This document shows positions 20,390-30,119 of a DNA stretch of 64,000 nucleotides, one piece after another. A program made the translations under genes and the position numbers. The number at the start of each line of letters is the position of its first letter. Position 1 is the first letter of the stretch. Source of the DNA: Candidatus Zixiibacteriota bacterium (GTDB taxonomy: Bacteria; Zixibacteria; MSB-5A5; GN15; JAAZOE01); contig JBDREQ010000003.1 of the NCBI GenBank assembly GCA_043819555.1, positions 122,973 to 186,972 on the forward strand, in the 5' to 3' direction. The notes below the pieces were generated by a model. It was not told the origin of the DNA and made no database searches. It saw only the letters and a list, made by a program, of their open reading frames with translations.

Positions 20390-21754
20390 ATGGGCCGCAT
20401 AATTGAAATAGATATTGAGGATTTGGCTTACAATGGCAAATCGATCGGATACGATAACGGCAAAGTAACCTTTGTCAAAGGGGGACTTCCCGGGGAAAGG
20501 GTCGAAGCTCGGATTATCAAAAACAAGAGAAATTATAATCAGGCCAAATTATTGCGAGTTATTACCAAGGCCCCCGAACGGATTGAGGCGGTCTGCAAAC
20601 ATTATGATATATGCGGCGGATGCATCTGGCAGGATTTGGAATATTCTCGGCAGCTATATTATAAACGGCGGCAGGTAATAGCATGCCTCAAGCATATCGG
20701 CGGTTTCAAGGACATTAACGTTGAGGAGATAATTCCTTCCCCGGATGTTTTCTTTTATCGCAATAAAATGGAATATTCATTTCATGTTCTTGCTACTCAA
20801 GGTGGGCAGGAACAATTTGTTTTGGGCCTGCACGAGCGGGGGCGCTTTGATCACATTTTTGATATTGAAGAATGCCACCTGCAATCGCAGTTGTCCAATC
20901 GCATTGTGAGGAAATTGCGGGAAATAATCGGGGAATTATCGATACCGGTTTATGATTTGATTGTTCATCAGGGATTTATGAGGTTTGTAATTATCAGGGA
21001 GGGGAAAAACACCGGGCAGGTGATGGTAAATATCGTTACCAGTGAGGGGAATTTTCAAAGTAAGGATGAGTTTACATCTCGGCTTATTGAAGCCTTTCCG
21101 GAAATAACGACAATGGCATGGACGGTAAATCCGGGCAAATCGAATATTGCCATCGGCGAGATCCGAGAGATATTACATGGCCCCGGATATATTTATGAAG
21201 AGATATTGGGAAAAAAATTCCGAATAAATCCGGGGGCGTTTTTTCAAACCAATAGCCGTCAGGCCGAAGCTTTATATCGTTGCGCGATTGAGTTGGCCGA
21301 TATTAAAACCGGTGATACGGTTCTTGATTTGTATTGCGGGGCGGGAACGATTGGAATATGCGCGTCGCAAAACGCGCTTGAAATTGTGGGGATTGAAATT
21401 GAGGAAGAATCTGTTGCGGCGGCTGTGGAAAACGCGAAAATAAATAAACTGGAAAATTGCTCGTTTCATTGCGGTTCGGTCCGTAAAGTCATGCTTAATA
21501 ATAACCTTAAAAATAAATCATTTTCGACGATTTTTGTGGATCCGCCTCGAGCCGGTATGCATCCAAAAGCTCTAAAACGATTGATTGAGATTGGGGCCGC
21601 GCGGATTGTCTATATTTCCTGCAACCCGGCGACTTTTTCGAGAGATGCCGCAGAAATTATCAATAACGGTTATAATCTGGTAAAAATTTCTCCTTTTGAT
21701 ATGTTTCCTCATACGATGCATATCGAGCTAGTCTCCCTATTTGCGGCTACTTAA
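20390..21754 (+). CDS. rlmD: 23S rRNA (uracil-1939-C5)-methyltransferase RlmD
   Basis: TRAM domain, C..Y..CGGC, YRNKMEY, FFQTN, DLYCGAG, DPPRAG, YISCNP, DMFPHT.H.E. Confidence 0.93.
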   Translation: MGRIIEIDIEDLAYNGKSIGYDNGKVTFVKGGLPGERVEARIIKNKRNYNQAKLLRVITKAPERIEAVCKHYDICGGCIWQDLEYSRQLYYKRRQVIACLKHIGGFKDINVEEIIPSPDVFFYRNKMEYSFHVLATQGGQEQFVLGLHERGRFDHIFDIEECHLQSQLSNRIVRKLREIIGELSIPVYDLIVHQGFMRFVIIREGKNTGQVMVNIVTSEGNFQSKDEFTSRLIEAFPEITTMAWTVNPGKSNIAIGEIREILHGPGYIYEEILGKKFRINPGAFFQTNSRQAEALYRCAIELADIKTGDTVLDLYCGAGTIGICASQNALEIVGIEIEEESVAAAVENAKINKLENCSFHCGSVRKVMLNNNLKNKSFSTIFVDPPRAGMHPKALKRLIEIGAARIVYISCNPATFSRDAAEIINNGYNLVKISPFDMFPHTMHIELVSLFAAT

Positions 21755-21866
21755 TCGTTTATCGTCCAAAAAATTATATCAAGTCCACCTAATAAATCAA
21801 GAACCGGTCTATAAAACCCGATAATCAATAATATAGAATAATATCCTGTAAGAGGTCAGCCGTTTA

Positions 21867-22043
21867 ATGAATGATGATATTGAAAAAATTCCCGGTTTTG
21901 GCAAGATTGATTTCCCAAATAGCCTCCTTGATATCTTCCGCGATGAATTAAATAGTCTGCGTAAAGAGGACGACGGCGATCGATCTCGTTTATACGATCA
22001 GGCGGAATTTATTGGCATTCAGATTATAAAAGGCGAAAGATAG
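21867..22043 (+). CDS. 58-aa ORF missing from the track, abutting the ATPase gene
   Basis: MNDDIEKIPG...QAEFIGIQIIKGER*; TAG immediately followed by the ATG at 22044; AGAGG upstream. Confidence 0.55.
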   Translation: MNDDIEKIPGFGKIDFPNSLLDIFRDELNSLRKEDDGDRSRLYDQAEFIGIQIIKGER

Positions 22044-24149
22044 ATGTCCTCAGGTCTATACATAAAAACAATCAGGTTTGAGAACTTTGGGCCGTTTAAT
22101 GATTTGAACCTGTCTTTTGAACCTGGAATCAATCAGGTTATTGGATCCAATGAGAGCGGTAAAACAGCGCTGATAAATGGGATCGTGACGGCTCTTTTGA
22201 TACCCGCCGGGAAGTTTGATAGTATAAAGAGTCCGAATAGACTGTTATCTTCCAGAAGCTGCCTTGGGATTGTCATATCAAATCATCAGTTAGAATATAT
22301 GCTTATCAGAGATTACGCGAATAAGACAGATAAGCTGCTTTTGGAAAACGGGGAAGAATATATTGGCGAATTTGTTGAGGGACAACTGGCACGCATATTT
22401 GGGAAGGGGTATTTATCCAGACTGTCTGATTTAATTTGTTTTTCTTCTTACTCGCCTTCTGTGGTTGAAAATGCGGGGCCATTATTGCGGTATATTATGG
22501 AAGAACCAGTATTTGTTAATTATGACCCGGCAGGGATAGATAAAAAAATACAAGATGAAATTGAAAATCTTGAAAATGGTACAGGCGACGAATTAGATAG
22601 TCTGCCATGTATATCTGATAAAATAAGTGAGCATTTAAAAAAGATAACGTCAATTGAGACAAGTCTCAATCAACTTTACAGTAAAAATGAAGAATTGGAG
22701 CTGATCCGCTCCAAGACTCGAGAGCTCGGCACCGAAATTTCACAATTAAAATCCGAGATTGAAGGGGCGGTTGAGTACGGTCGAATCAATGGTCAGCTGG
22801 TTGATTTACAGGCAAGATTGGAAAGTCATTTATCAATATATTCGCGCGCATCGCAGGTTGCCGATGATCTGGATCGCGTTGATAAGGAGATTAATAGGTT
22901 AAATATTCCCGATGCGGATGAAATGGAAGGCTTTTGCTGCCATAAGGAAACCCTTGAAGGAGTTATTGACGTGGCCAAAGACAAAATGGACAATTTAATT
23001 ATTTTGAGGAATAACTCCGGGCGGGAATTTGTCCTGACTTCGTTTCTTTTAGCATTATTATGTCTTGGATATGTATTTCAAATAATGGGCTATGCAAAAA
23101 CCGGTTTTATATCGGGATATATTCCGACGGCAATTTTGCTGATATTGGGATTCTGGTTTTTAAGATTGGGAAAGTATTTATTCCACCAGTCGAGGAAAAC
23201 CAGGGCGACTATAAGATTCCGTGCGGAAGTTGCGCGTCTTGATGAATTTTATCGCGCTATTAACCGCAAATTTGGATTGGGTGCGGCCGATCCGGTAGAG
23301 GTTTTGCAGGGAGAGTTACGGCGAAAACAAATATTGGAAATGAGTTTTGAAAACTTATCCGGGACGATTGGCCATCTATCGCTGGAAAAAGGCATGGGAT
23401 ATCTCGCCGAGATTAAGGGGAAAATGGAATCAGAGTTGGCCGAGCTGAATCAAAAACTATCATTGGTCAAGAAATATGGCCCTGTCTCCAATAGAATTTC
23501 GGAACTGGATGAAAACTTGACAGCCCGGAAAGTGAGATTGAAGGCCCTAAATGAGAGAAATTCCGCATTAACTGAAGAATGCCGGAATATGGCCCGGCTC
23601 AAATCAGAACTTAAAGAGCTGGATGAGAAAATTGAAAGGCTTAAAGAAAAGTTTAAAAATCTCAATGAAAAGATTGAGGTATTGAAAATTGCCCGTTTGG
23701 CATTGCATCGCGCTTCCGATCGCATTATTGAAGGTACGTATGAGGAATATACGAATCGTGCCTCTGAATATATAAGGCTTTTGACTTCGGGCCGATATGA
23801 TGGCATTCGTTTTAGAAGAGAAATACATACATTCGAGGCAAAATTAAATCGATCTCAATCTTGGCAGGATGTGTCGCAATTTGAGTCTTTATCATTTAAG
23901 GAAGTGGCCAATTTGAGCATATTCCTGTCGATGGTTTCATCCAATCATAGAGTCAGACCATTGCCGATATTTTTTAATCAGGCTGATTCACGATTTGATA
24001 TTGAAAGAAGAAGTAAGTTTTATAAAGCCTTAAATCAATTGTCTTCCTCGCGGCAGGTTATTTATCTGGGAACAGAAACGATAGACGTATTGGAAAACTC
24101 GCATTCGATTAATTTAAACTTGTCAAATGTCCAATCCGCGATTGCCTAA
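22044..24149 (+). CDS. SbcC/YhaN-like coiled-coil ATPase with two TM helices and degenerate C-terminal motifs
   Basis: IKTIRFENFGPF, GSNESGKT, long coiled coils, LTSGRYD, PIFFNQADSRFD, RQVIYL. Confidence 0.75.
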   Translation: MSSGLYIKTIRFENFGPFNDLNLSFEPGINQVIGSNESGKTALINGIVTALLIPAGKFDSIKSPNRLLSSRSCLGIVISNHQLEYMLIRDYANKTDKLLLENGEEYIGEFVEGQLARIFGKGYLSRLSDLICFSSYSPSVVENAGPLLRYIMEEPVFVNYDPAGIDKKIQDEIENLENGTGDELDSLPCISDKISEHLKKITSIETSLNQLYSKNEELELIRSKTRELGTEISQLKSEIEGAVEYGRINGQLVDLQARLESHLSIYSRASQVADDLDRVDKEINRLNIPDADEMEGFCCHKETLEGVIDVAKDKMDNLIILRNNSGREFVLTSFLLALLCLGYVFQIMGYAKTGFISGYIPTAILLILGFWFLRLGKYLFHQSRKTRATIRFRAEVARLDEFYRAINRKFGLGAADPVEVLQGELRRKQILEMSFENLSGTIGHLSLEKGMGYLAEIKGKMESELAELNQKLSLVKKYGPVSNRISELDENLTARKVRLKALNERNSALTEECRNMARLKSELKELDEKIERLKEKFKNLNEKIEVLKIARLALHRASDRIIEGTYEEYTNRASEYIRLLTSGRYDGIRFRREIHTFEAKLNRSQSWQDVSQFESLSFKEVANLSIFLSMVSSNHRVRPLPIFFNQADSRFDIERRSKFYKALNQLSSSRQVIYLGTETIDVLENSHSINLNLSNVQSAIA

Positions 24150-24194
24150 AAATTCGCTTTATTTCCTCTTGTCATGTGATTATATTTAATTTCT

Positions 24195-24686
24195 ATGGTA
24201 AAAAAGAGTATTCAGTCTCCCTGGCGTTCAGAATTTATTTTGGGCGAAAAAGAGAAGGGTTGTCCTTTTTGCACTTTGGCAAGAATAAAAAGGCCGAGCT
24301 TTAAGAACCTATTATTGTATCAGACCAAAAAAAGTTATATCGTGATGAATAAGTTCCCCTATACGGGCGGGCACCTGCTTATTGTCCCTCGGCGCCATGT
24401 CGGGGTGCTTGAACGATTGACTGATTTTGAATCAACTGAAATGATGCAGCTCTGCCAATTATCGCTGAAAGTAATTAAGGGAAATTTGCGCCCGAATGCG
24501 TTTAATCTCGGTATGAATCTTGGGCAGGCGGCTGGGGCGGGAATACCTCGTCATTTGCACATGCATATCGTTCCGCGATGGATTGGCGATTCCAATTTTA
24601 TGCCGATTGTAGGAGAAACTCGAGTTCATTCAGTACCAATGGAACTAATTTATAAAACGTTATTCAGGGGATTTTCCAAATTATGA
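24195..24686 (+). CDS. HIT-family hydrolase
   Basis: CPFC, NKFPYTGGHLL, AGAGIPRHLHMHIVPRW.GD.NFM. Confidence 0.92.
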   Translation: MVKKSIQSPWRSEFILGEKEKGCPFCTLARIKRPSFKNLLLYQTKKSYIVMNKFPYTGGHLLIVPRRHVGVLERLTDFESTEMMQLCQLSLKVIKGNLRPNAFNLGMNLGQAAGAGIPRHLHMHIVPRWIGDSNFMPIVGETRVHSVPMELIYKTLFRGFSKL

Positions 24687-26299
24687 GCCCGAGGCGGATG
24701 CCCAATAAGAACGAGCTTTTGCGATTGCAGAGATTATATCGTACCGATAAGCGCATTGCTGAGGTTTTAGGTAACGGTGTAACAGAACATCTGATTGCCT
24801 ACTGGCGGCGCAAAAAAGGCATATCCAATTATAGTTTTCCCAAATTTTCCGACAAAGAAATCCGGGAGATTTGGGATCGGTTTGGAGATGATTTTCATGC
24901 CGGGCTGGAACTGGGTATATCTAAGGCCGCGTTTTATAACTGGCGACGAAGATATAAGATAATCAAAAAACCCGAGGCTTTGAGACTGGAGCAGCTTTCG
25001 CTTGAATTATATACTCGGGATAATCGGAGCCGTTCTCGATTGGGTAAGGGGCGGCAGTCGATTATTCAAAAAATGGTTTCACAAAAGACTGGGGAAAAGG
25101 AAATCCAATGCGGGCAGGAATATGAAATTGAACCGGATTTGGTTATTTTCGATCGGGAGGGATGGGATATCGTTCGGAAATTTCATGAACTTGGGATTAC
25201 TTATGTTTGGAATTCCGGGCGCATAGTTATTGCGCTGGACAATATGACTGAAAATCGGAACCAGGCCGAGACGGCTTCAACAGCAAAAATTGTCCGTGAA
25301 TTTGTTCGCTTTCAAAATATTACCGGGTTTTGTGATATTGGTGAGGGTGATTTGTGTCTGGCGGTTTTGGAAAAGGGATTGCTTTTGCCGGGTCAATTGG
25401 CGCTGGGTAATTGCTTTCCATTGGCGGCAACAGGAGCTATCGGAGCGCTTTCTTTAAAAATGAATGGAAGCGAAATATCGGGAGTATTATCAACGGGCAA
25501 ATATAAATTTAATGTACCCGAATCAATTAGGGTGAATTTATCCGGCCGCCTGCCCAGGTCAGTGTTTGCCCGCGACGTGATCCATCATATTATCTCAAGT
25601 CTTGAGAACGGGAGCTCTGAGAATAAGATTATTGAGTTTTATGGCAGTGCGGTTGATCGTTTGTCTGTTTCCGAACGATTTACTCTGTGCGCCTTGAGTT
25701 CCGCAACTGGAGCGATAGGGGCAATATGTCCTTATGATGCAACGATCCGGCGGTATATAAATTCAAGGGTTCAGAAGGCGTTCATACCCATACTGGCCGA
25801 TCGAAACGCCGCATATTCAGCTGAATATACGTTTGATGTGAATTCAATTAAACCCTGTGTGGCGGGCAGCAAATCGTTTAATAAAATCAGACCGATTGAG
25901 GAATTAAACGGGATTCCGATCCAATCGATTTTTATTGGCGGTTCAGTTAACGGTAAATTTGATGATTTAAAAATTTCCGCAGAAATATTGAAAGGCAAAA
26001 AAATAGCTCCGGATGTCAGGCTCTTAATCCAGCCGGGCTCGCGCGCAGTTTATCTGGAATCAGTCAAGAAGGGAATAATACGGGCATTTATTGAAGCGGG
26101 GGCGGTAATTGTTCCTCCAGGATGGAATAACTCGATGAGCCAATCCAACTATCTGGCCGATAACGAAAAAGGTCTTTCGACTGACTTTATTGATATTTCT
26201 GATTTGGAGAAACAAATATATTTTGTATCTCCTGCCACTGCTTCGGCTTCGGCTTTGACGGGAAGAATTACCAGTCCGGCGGGGTATGTTAAATTATAA
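24683..26299 (+). CDS. Tandem HTH fused to a LeuC/aconitase-like domain lacking Fe-S cysteines
   Basis: Two HTH-like units at the N-terminus; aconitase scaffold (IEFYG, ERFTLC, SPATASASALTG); GGSVNG and PPGWNNSM replace the Cys motifs. Confidence 0.8.
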   Translation: MSPRRMPNKNELLRLQRLYRTDKRIAEVLGNGVTEHLIAYWRRKKGISNYSFPKFSDKEIREIWDRFGDDFHAGLELGISKAAFYNWRRRYKIIKKPEALRLEQLSLELYTRDNRSRSRLGKGRQSIIQKMVSQKTGEKEIQCGQEYEIEPDLVIFDREGWDIVRKFHELGITYVWNSGRIVIALDNMTENRNQAETASTAKIVREFVRFQNITGFCDIGEGDLCLAVLEKGLLLPGQLALGNCFPLAATGAIGALSLKMNGSEISGVLSTGKYKFNVPESIRVNLSGRLPRSVFARDVIHHIISSLENGSSENKIIEFYGSAVDRLSVSERFTLCALSSATGAIGAICPYDATIRRYINSRVQKAFIPILADRNAAYSAEYTFDVNSIKPCVAGSKSFNKIRPIEELNGIPIQSIFIGGSVNGKFDDLKISAEILKGKKIAPDVRLLIQPGSRAVYLESVKKGIIRAFIEAGAVIVPPGWNNSMSQSNYLADNEKGLSTDFIDISDLEKQIYFVSPATASASALTGRITSPAGYVKL

Positions 26300-26340
26300 A
26301 ACTTTAGAATCAATCTCAGGCTAAACAACAACCAATTAAT

Positions 26341-26799
26341 CTAAAAAAAATACCTGATTCCGATAGCTCCTTCGATATCAACCTCTGTTTCAGGATTCAA
26401 GTCAAGAACCGGAACTAATTCAAAGAAGATCCCAAGAGGAGTGTTGGCCGGCAGATATTCCAAGCCAACCGGTATTCGTATGCCGACAATATCATCGGCC
26501 GGGCCTTCGGTGAATTTTATCCTACCGCCAATTCCAAAGTAGACAGGGAGTTCACCCTTTTGTACTTTTATAGCGGTGAAATTATGAACCAGGTAATCAA
26601 GGTGGAGGTGGAATGAATTTTGTTTATCAAGGGACCAGGCGGCGGCTGTAAAGGCTGTTTTTTCACCGGTCCAAAGCTTGAAAGATGGACCGGTTGGTTC
26701 ACCCATAATAATGCCCAAACCAAAATCCCCATCTTTTGATATTGCGGTTCCAGAGGATATTAAAAATATCAAAAAAAAGACCGCCATTATTTTTTTCAT
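26341..26799 (-). CDS. Small outer-membrane beta-barrel (DUF3996-like)
   Basis: Signal peptide, FGLGIIMGEPTG, GIRIPVG, C-terminal GIRYFF. Confidence 0.75.
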   Translation of the reverse strand: MKKIMAVFFLIFLISSGTAISKDGDFGLGIIMGEPTGPSFKLWTGEKTAFTAAAWSLDKQNSFHLHLDYLVHNFTAIKVQKGELPVYFGIGGRIKFTEGPADDIVGIRIPVGLEYLPANTPLGIFFELVPVLDLNPETEVDIEGAIGIRYFF

Positions 26800-26876
26800 T
26801 TTGGGTACTCCGTTTTATTTAGCCAAACGAGAAAATTTATCCTTATGCGGAAATTTAGTTTATTGAGGGATGTGAA

Positions 26877-27731
26877 TCAACAAATTTTCATGTTATCGAT
26901 AAGGCGCACCGGACCGATTTTGACGGCCAGTGATATAATGGCATTCTTTTCGATTATTCTTACCACTCGGAGAGAATTCATTTCAGTGAACTCGATGTAT
27001 TCTATATTTGCCAAAGGAGCCATTTTTGAAATAACTCTCTTCATCCGATTTTTAATTACAGCGACATTTTTCTCACCAGAGAGGTACATTTTTTTTGCCT
27101 GAATTAATGAGAGGTAGAGAGAACGGGCTTCTTGCCGTAGAGTGGGATTTAGGTAGCTATTCCTTGAAGACATGGCCAGGCCATCTTTCTCTCTGACAGT
27201 TGGGCAAATGATAATTTTTGTCGGCCAATTAAGATCGGCAGTCATTTTCTTTATAATCATAGCCTGCTGATAATCTTTCATGCCGAACATGGCGAAATCG
27301 GGCTGAGTGATATTAAATAGCTTGGCCACGATTGTAGTTACACCGCGAAAATGACCCGGGCGTTGTTTCCCTTCCAGCGAAGCGGTTAAATATTCGACAT
27401 TCACATAGGTTTCGAAATCATCGGGGTATATATCTTTTAAGCGGGGAATGAAGACGATTTGTCCCCCGGCATTTTTGACCTTTTGTATGTCCCCTTTTTC
27501 ATCGCGGGGGTAAGTTTTCAGATCTTCATAAGGCGAGAATTGCTCGGGATTGACGAAAATTGTTGTGACAACAATATTGGCTTTTTTCAACCCTTTTTTT
27601 ATCAGGGAAATATGGCCTTCATGCAGGTAACCCATCGTCGGGACGACTGCGATTGTTTTTCCGGCGCGGATTGTTTTTTTTGAAAAAGCGCACAGGGATT
27701 TGATGCTGCGGATTATTTTAAAATTAATCAT
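26877..27731 (-). CDS. panC: Pantoate--beta-alanine ligase
   Basis: VPTMGYLHEGH, RPGHFRGV, GLAMSSRN, RLIDN. Confidence 0.96.
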   Translation of the reverse strand: MINFKIIRSIKSLCAFSKKTIRAGKTIAVVPTMGYLHEGHISLIKKGLKKANIVVTTIFVNPEQFSPYEDLKTYPRDEKGDIQKVKNAGGQIVFIPRLKDIYPDDFETYVNVEYLTASLEGKQRPGHFRGVTTIVAKLFNITQPDFAMFGMKDYQQAMIIKKMTADLNWPTKIIICPTVREKDGLAMSSRNSYLNPTLRQEARSLYLSLIQAKKMYLSGEKNVAVIKNRMKRVISKMAPLANIEYIEFTEMNSLRVVRIIEKNAIISLAVKIGPVRLIDNMKIC

Positions 27732-28561
27732 TCCATGAAAGATTCTTCTTCGCTTGGATAGTTTCCTGATTTGACGTCCTCCACAAATTGCCGGGCGGAT
27801 TTGGCGATTTCTTCGGCGACATTCGCATAGCGTCGCACAAAGCGGGGTTTGAATTCTTCATAAAGTCCAATAATATCATTAATGACGAGGACCTGGCCGT
27901 CACAATGAGGTCCGGCGCCAATTCCGATAGTTGCCATTTTGACCTGTTTAGTGATTCCTTCAGCCAGTGGGGCGGTCATGAGTTCCAGTACACAGGAGAA
28001 ACAGCCGACTTCATCGAGGGCAAGGGCCGATTCGATAAAATAATTCCTTCCTTTTTCACTACGTCCCTGGACGCGGGCGCCGCCGATGCGGTTTATCGAT
28101 TGCGGTGTTAGACCGATATGACCCATTACGGGGATTCCCAATTCGATAAGTTTTTTAGCGGTCGGCACGATTTCAAGACCACCCTCCAATTTGACCGCTT
28201 CAGCTCCAGCCTCTTTAAGGAAACGGCCAGCATTGACAATCGCGGTTTCCTGGGAGGATTGATACGACATAAAGGGCATATCGGCAATAACGAGCGTTCT
28301 CCGTGAGGCGTCGGCTACAGCGCGGGTGTGGTAAAGCATTTGTTCCATTTCGGCTGAGAGAGTATTATTTTTGCCGTAAATAACCATATTCAGAGAATCG
28401 CCGACTAAAATGGAATCAACTCCATTGTCCTCCAGGATTCGCGCGGTGTAATAATCATAGGCGGTTAAAACGGCGAGTTTTTCGCCTTTGCGTTTCTTTT
28501 GGAAAAAGGTTCGAGTCGTTACTTTATTATTATTTTTCATTACAGACATGGCAGTGTTCAC
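27728..28561 (-). CDS. panB: 3-methyl-2-oxobutanoate hydroxymethyltransferase
   Basis: LTAYD, LVGDS, ADMPF, VKLEGG, GHIGLTPQS, IGIGAG. Exact start uncertain. Confidence 0.96.
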   Translation of the reverse strand: MNTAMSVMKNNNKVTTRTFFQKKRKGEKLAVLTAYDYYTARILEDNGVDSILVGDSLNMVIYGKNNTLSAEMEQMLYHTRAVADASRRTLVIADMPFMSYQSSQETAIVNAGRFLKEAGAEAVKLEGGLEIVPTAKKLIELGIPVMGHIGLTPQSINRIGGARVQGRSEKGRNYFIESALALDEVGCFSCVLELMTAPLAEGITKQVKMATIGIGAGPHCDGQVLVINDIIGLYEEFKPRFVRRYANVAEEIAKSARQFVEDVKSGNYPSEEESFME

Positions 28562-28566
28562 CGATC

Positions 28567-29229
28567 CTATAATACCCGGTTATCGATATCCCCAGCGGGG
28601 GCGTAGTACATCGTTTGCGGTTGCGGTTTTTTTATTTGTTCAATTAAATCATCCAGATGATGGGGATTCTTGACAAAATCGATGTTATCGGTTTTGACAA
28701 CGAGAAGCGGGATATCGGCATAGTGAAAGAAGAAGGAATTATATGCTTCATTAAGTTCATCAATATATTCGGCATTAATTGGTTTTTCAACGGATAGGTT
28801 TCTTTTGCGAATCCGTTTAAGTATAACAGAAGTTGAAGCCTGCAGATAGATTACCAGATCCGGCCGGGCAATATCTCGCTTAAGAATCGAGGCCATTTTT
28901 TCATAAAGGGCGAATTCCCGTTCTGATAATGTAACTGAGGCGAAGAGGGCGTCTTTTTCAAAAATATAATCGGCGATTATGTGCTCGACGAATAAATCGC
29001 GTTCGATCAGAGATTGAAGCTGCTTAAAGCGGGACAGGAGAAAAAATATTTGGGTGGGGAAGGCATATCGTTTGCGGTCGCTATAAAAATCAGCAAGAAA
29101 AGGATTATTAAAAACCTCCTCAAGCATAAGATCGGCGTTGATCTTTTCCGCCAGTAATTTAGAGAGGCTGGTTTTTCCGACGCCGATTACTCCTTCGACG
29201 GCGATGTAACGAGGAATTCCGTCAGGCAC
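28567..29229 (-). CDS. Deoxynucleoside kinase
   Basis: YIAVEGVIGVGKT, NPFL..FY, FLLSR, PDLVIYL. Start moved to the GTG at 29229. Confidence 0.9.
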   Translation of the reverse strand: MPDGIPRYIAVEGVIGVGKTSLSKLLAEKINADLMLEEVFNNPFLADFYSDRKRYAFPTQIFFLLSRFKQLQSLIERDLFVEHIIADYIFEKDALFASVTLSEREFALYEKMASILKRDIARPDLVIYLQASTSVILKRIRKRNLSVEKPINAEYIDELNEAYNSFFFHYADIPLLVVKTDNIDFVKNPHHLDDLIEQIKKPQPQTMYYAPAGDIDNRVL

Positions 29230-29725
29230 CAGAAGCCTCCCTGAATAAAACAACACCCTGATCACCGAGATCATCAATCAAATTTATCAGTGGCCGATGT
29301 TCAATCGGATCAATGATATCGGGATCGATTTCTTTTAAGGGAATTAGAACAAATGCTCTTTGTTTCATGCGCGGGTGCGGAATTTCGAGTCGGTCGTTTT
29401 TGAAAACTCTTTCACCAAAAAGAATTATATCAATATCGATGACGCGATTGACATAATAACCTTTCCTTCTCCTTCCCAGAGATATTTCGAGCCGTTCGGT
29501 GAAATCAAGAAGTTGTCCTGGCTTAAGCGTACATTCCAGTTTGACAACTTTATTTAGAAATTCAGGGCAATTTTCAGGGCAATCGAGGGGAATGGAGCAA
29601 TAAATCGATGATTCCGCCAGAAGTTTCAGTCCCATGGTTTCGCCAAGTTTTGCGGTTGCCCTCTTTAGATAATCGGCGCGATTTCCGAGGTTTGAGCCGA
29701 GAGATAAATAAACAATTTCACTCAT
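29222..29725 (-). CDS. folK: HPPK (FolK)
   Basis: YLSLGSNLG, FLN, RVIDIDI, IPHP, RAFVLIPL. Confidence 0.95.
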   Translation of the reverse strand: MSEIVYLSLGSNLGNRADYLKRATAKLGETMGLKLLAESSIYCSIPLDCPENCPEFLNKVVKLECTLKPGQLLDFTERLEISLGRRRKGYYVNRVIDIDIILFGERVFKNDRLEIPHPRMKQRAFVLIPLKEIDPDIIDPIEHRPLINLIDDLGDQGVVLFREASGA

Positions 29726-30119
29726 GGTTTTCCTCCGGAGGAAGGAGTTTTTCCGGGGCAGGCTGGCGCCGCGTCACTTCTACTTCAATGTAGTCAATAT
29801 TTCCATTTATGGGAGGCATAATTTTCCGAGTTTTTATGGTTACTTCAATAACATCAAAGGCGTTTAAAATTTCGTCGGCCAGATATCCGGCCAATCCTTC
29901 CAAGAGGGAAAATGATTTGTTCTGGACGATTTCCGCAATAAGCTGATAAACCGCGGAATAGTCAATAGTATCTCCCAATGCATCGGTTTTTCCCGGTTGA
30001 ATAAGATCAGCCAATAATTCACAATCTACTTCAAAGCGCCGCCCGGTTTCCTTTTCCGAGGCGGAAACTCCATGATACCCATAAAACGACATATTGACAA
30101 GCCGTATTCTATCCATCAT
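29718..30119 (-). CDS. folB: Dihydroneopterin aldolase
   Basis: FYGYHGV...E, TIDYS, LLE. Start moved to MMDRI. Confidence 0.93.
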   Translation of the reverse strand: MMDRIRLVNMSFYGYHGVSASEKETGRRFEVDCELLADLIQPGKTDALGDTIDYSAVYQLIAEIVQNKSFSLLEGLAGYLADEILNAFDVIEVTIKTRKIMPPINGNIDYIEVEVTRRQPAPEKLLPPEENHE

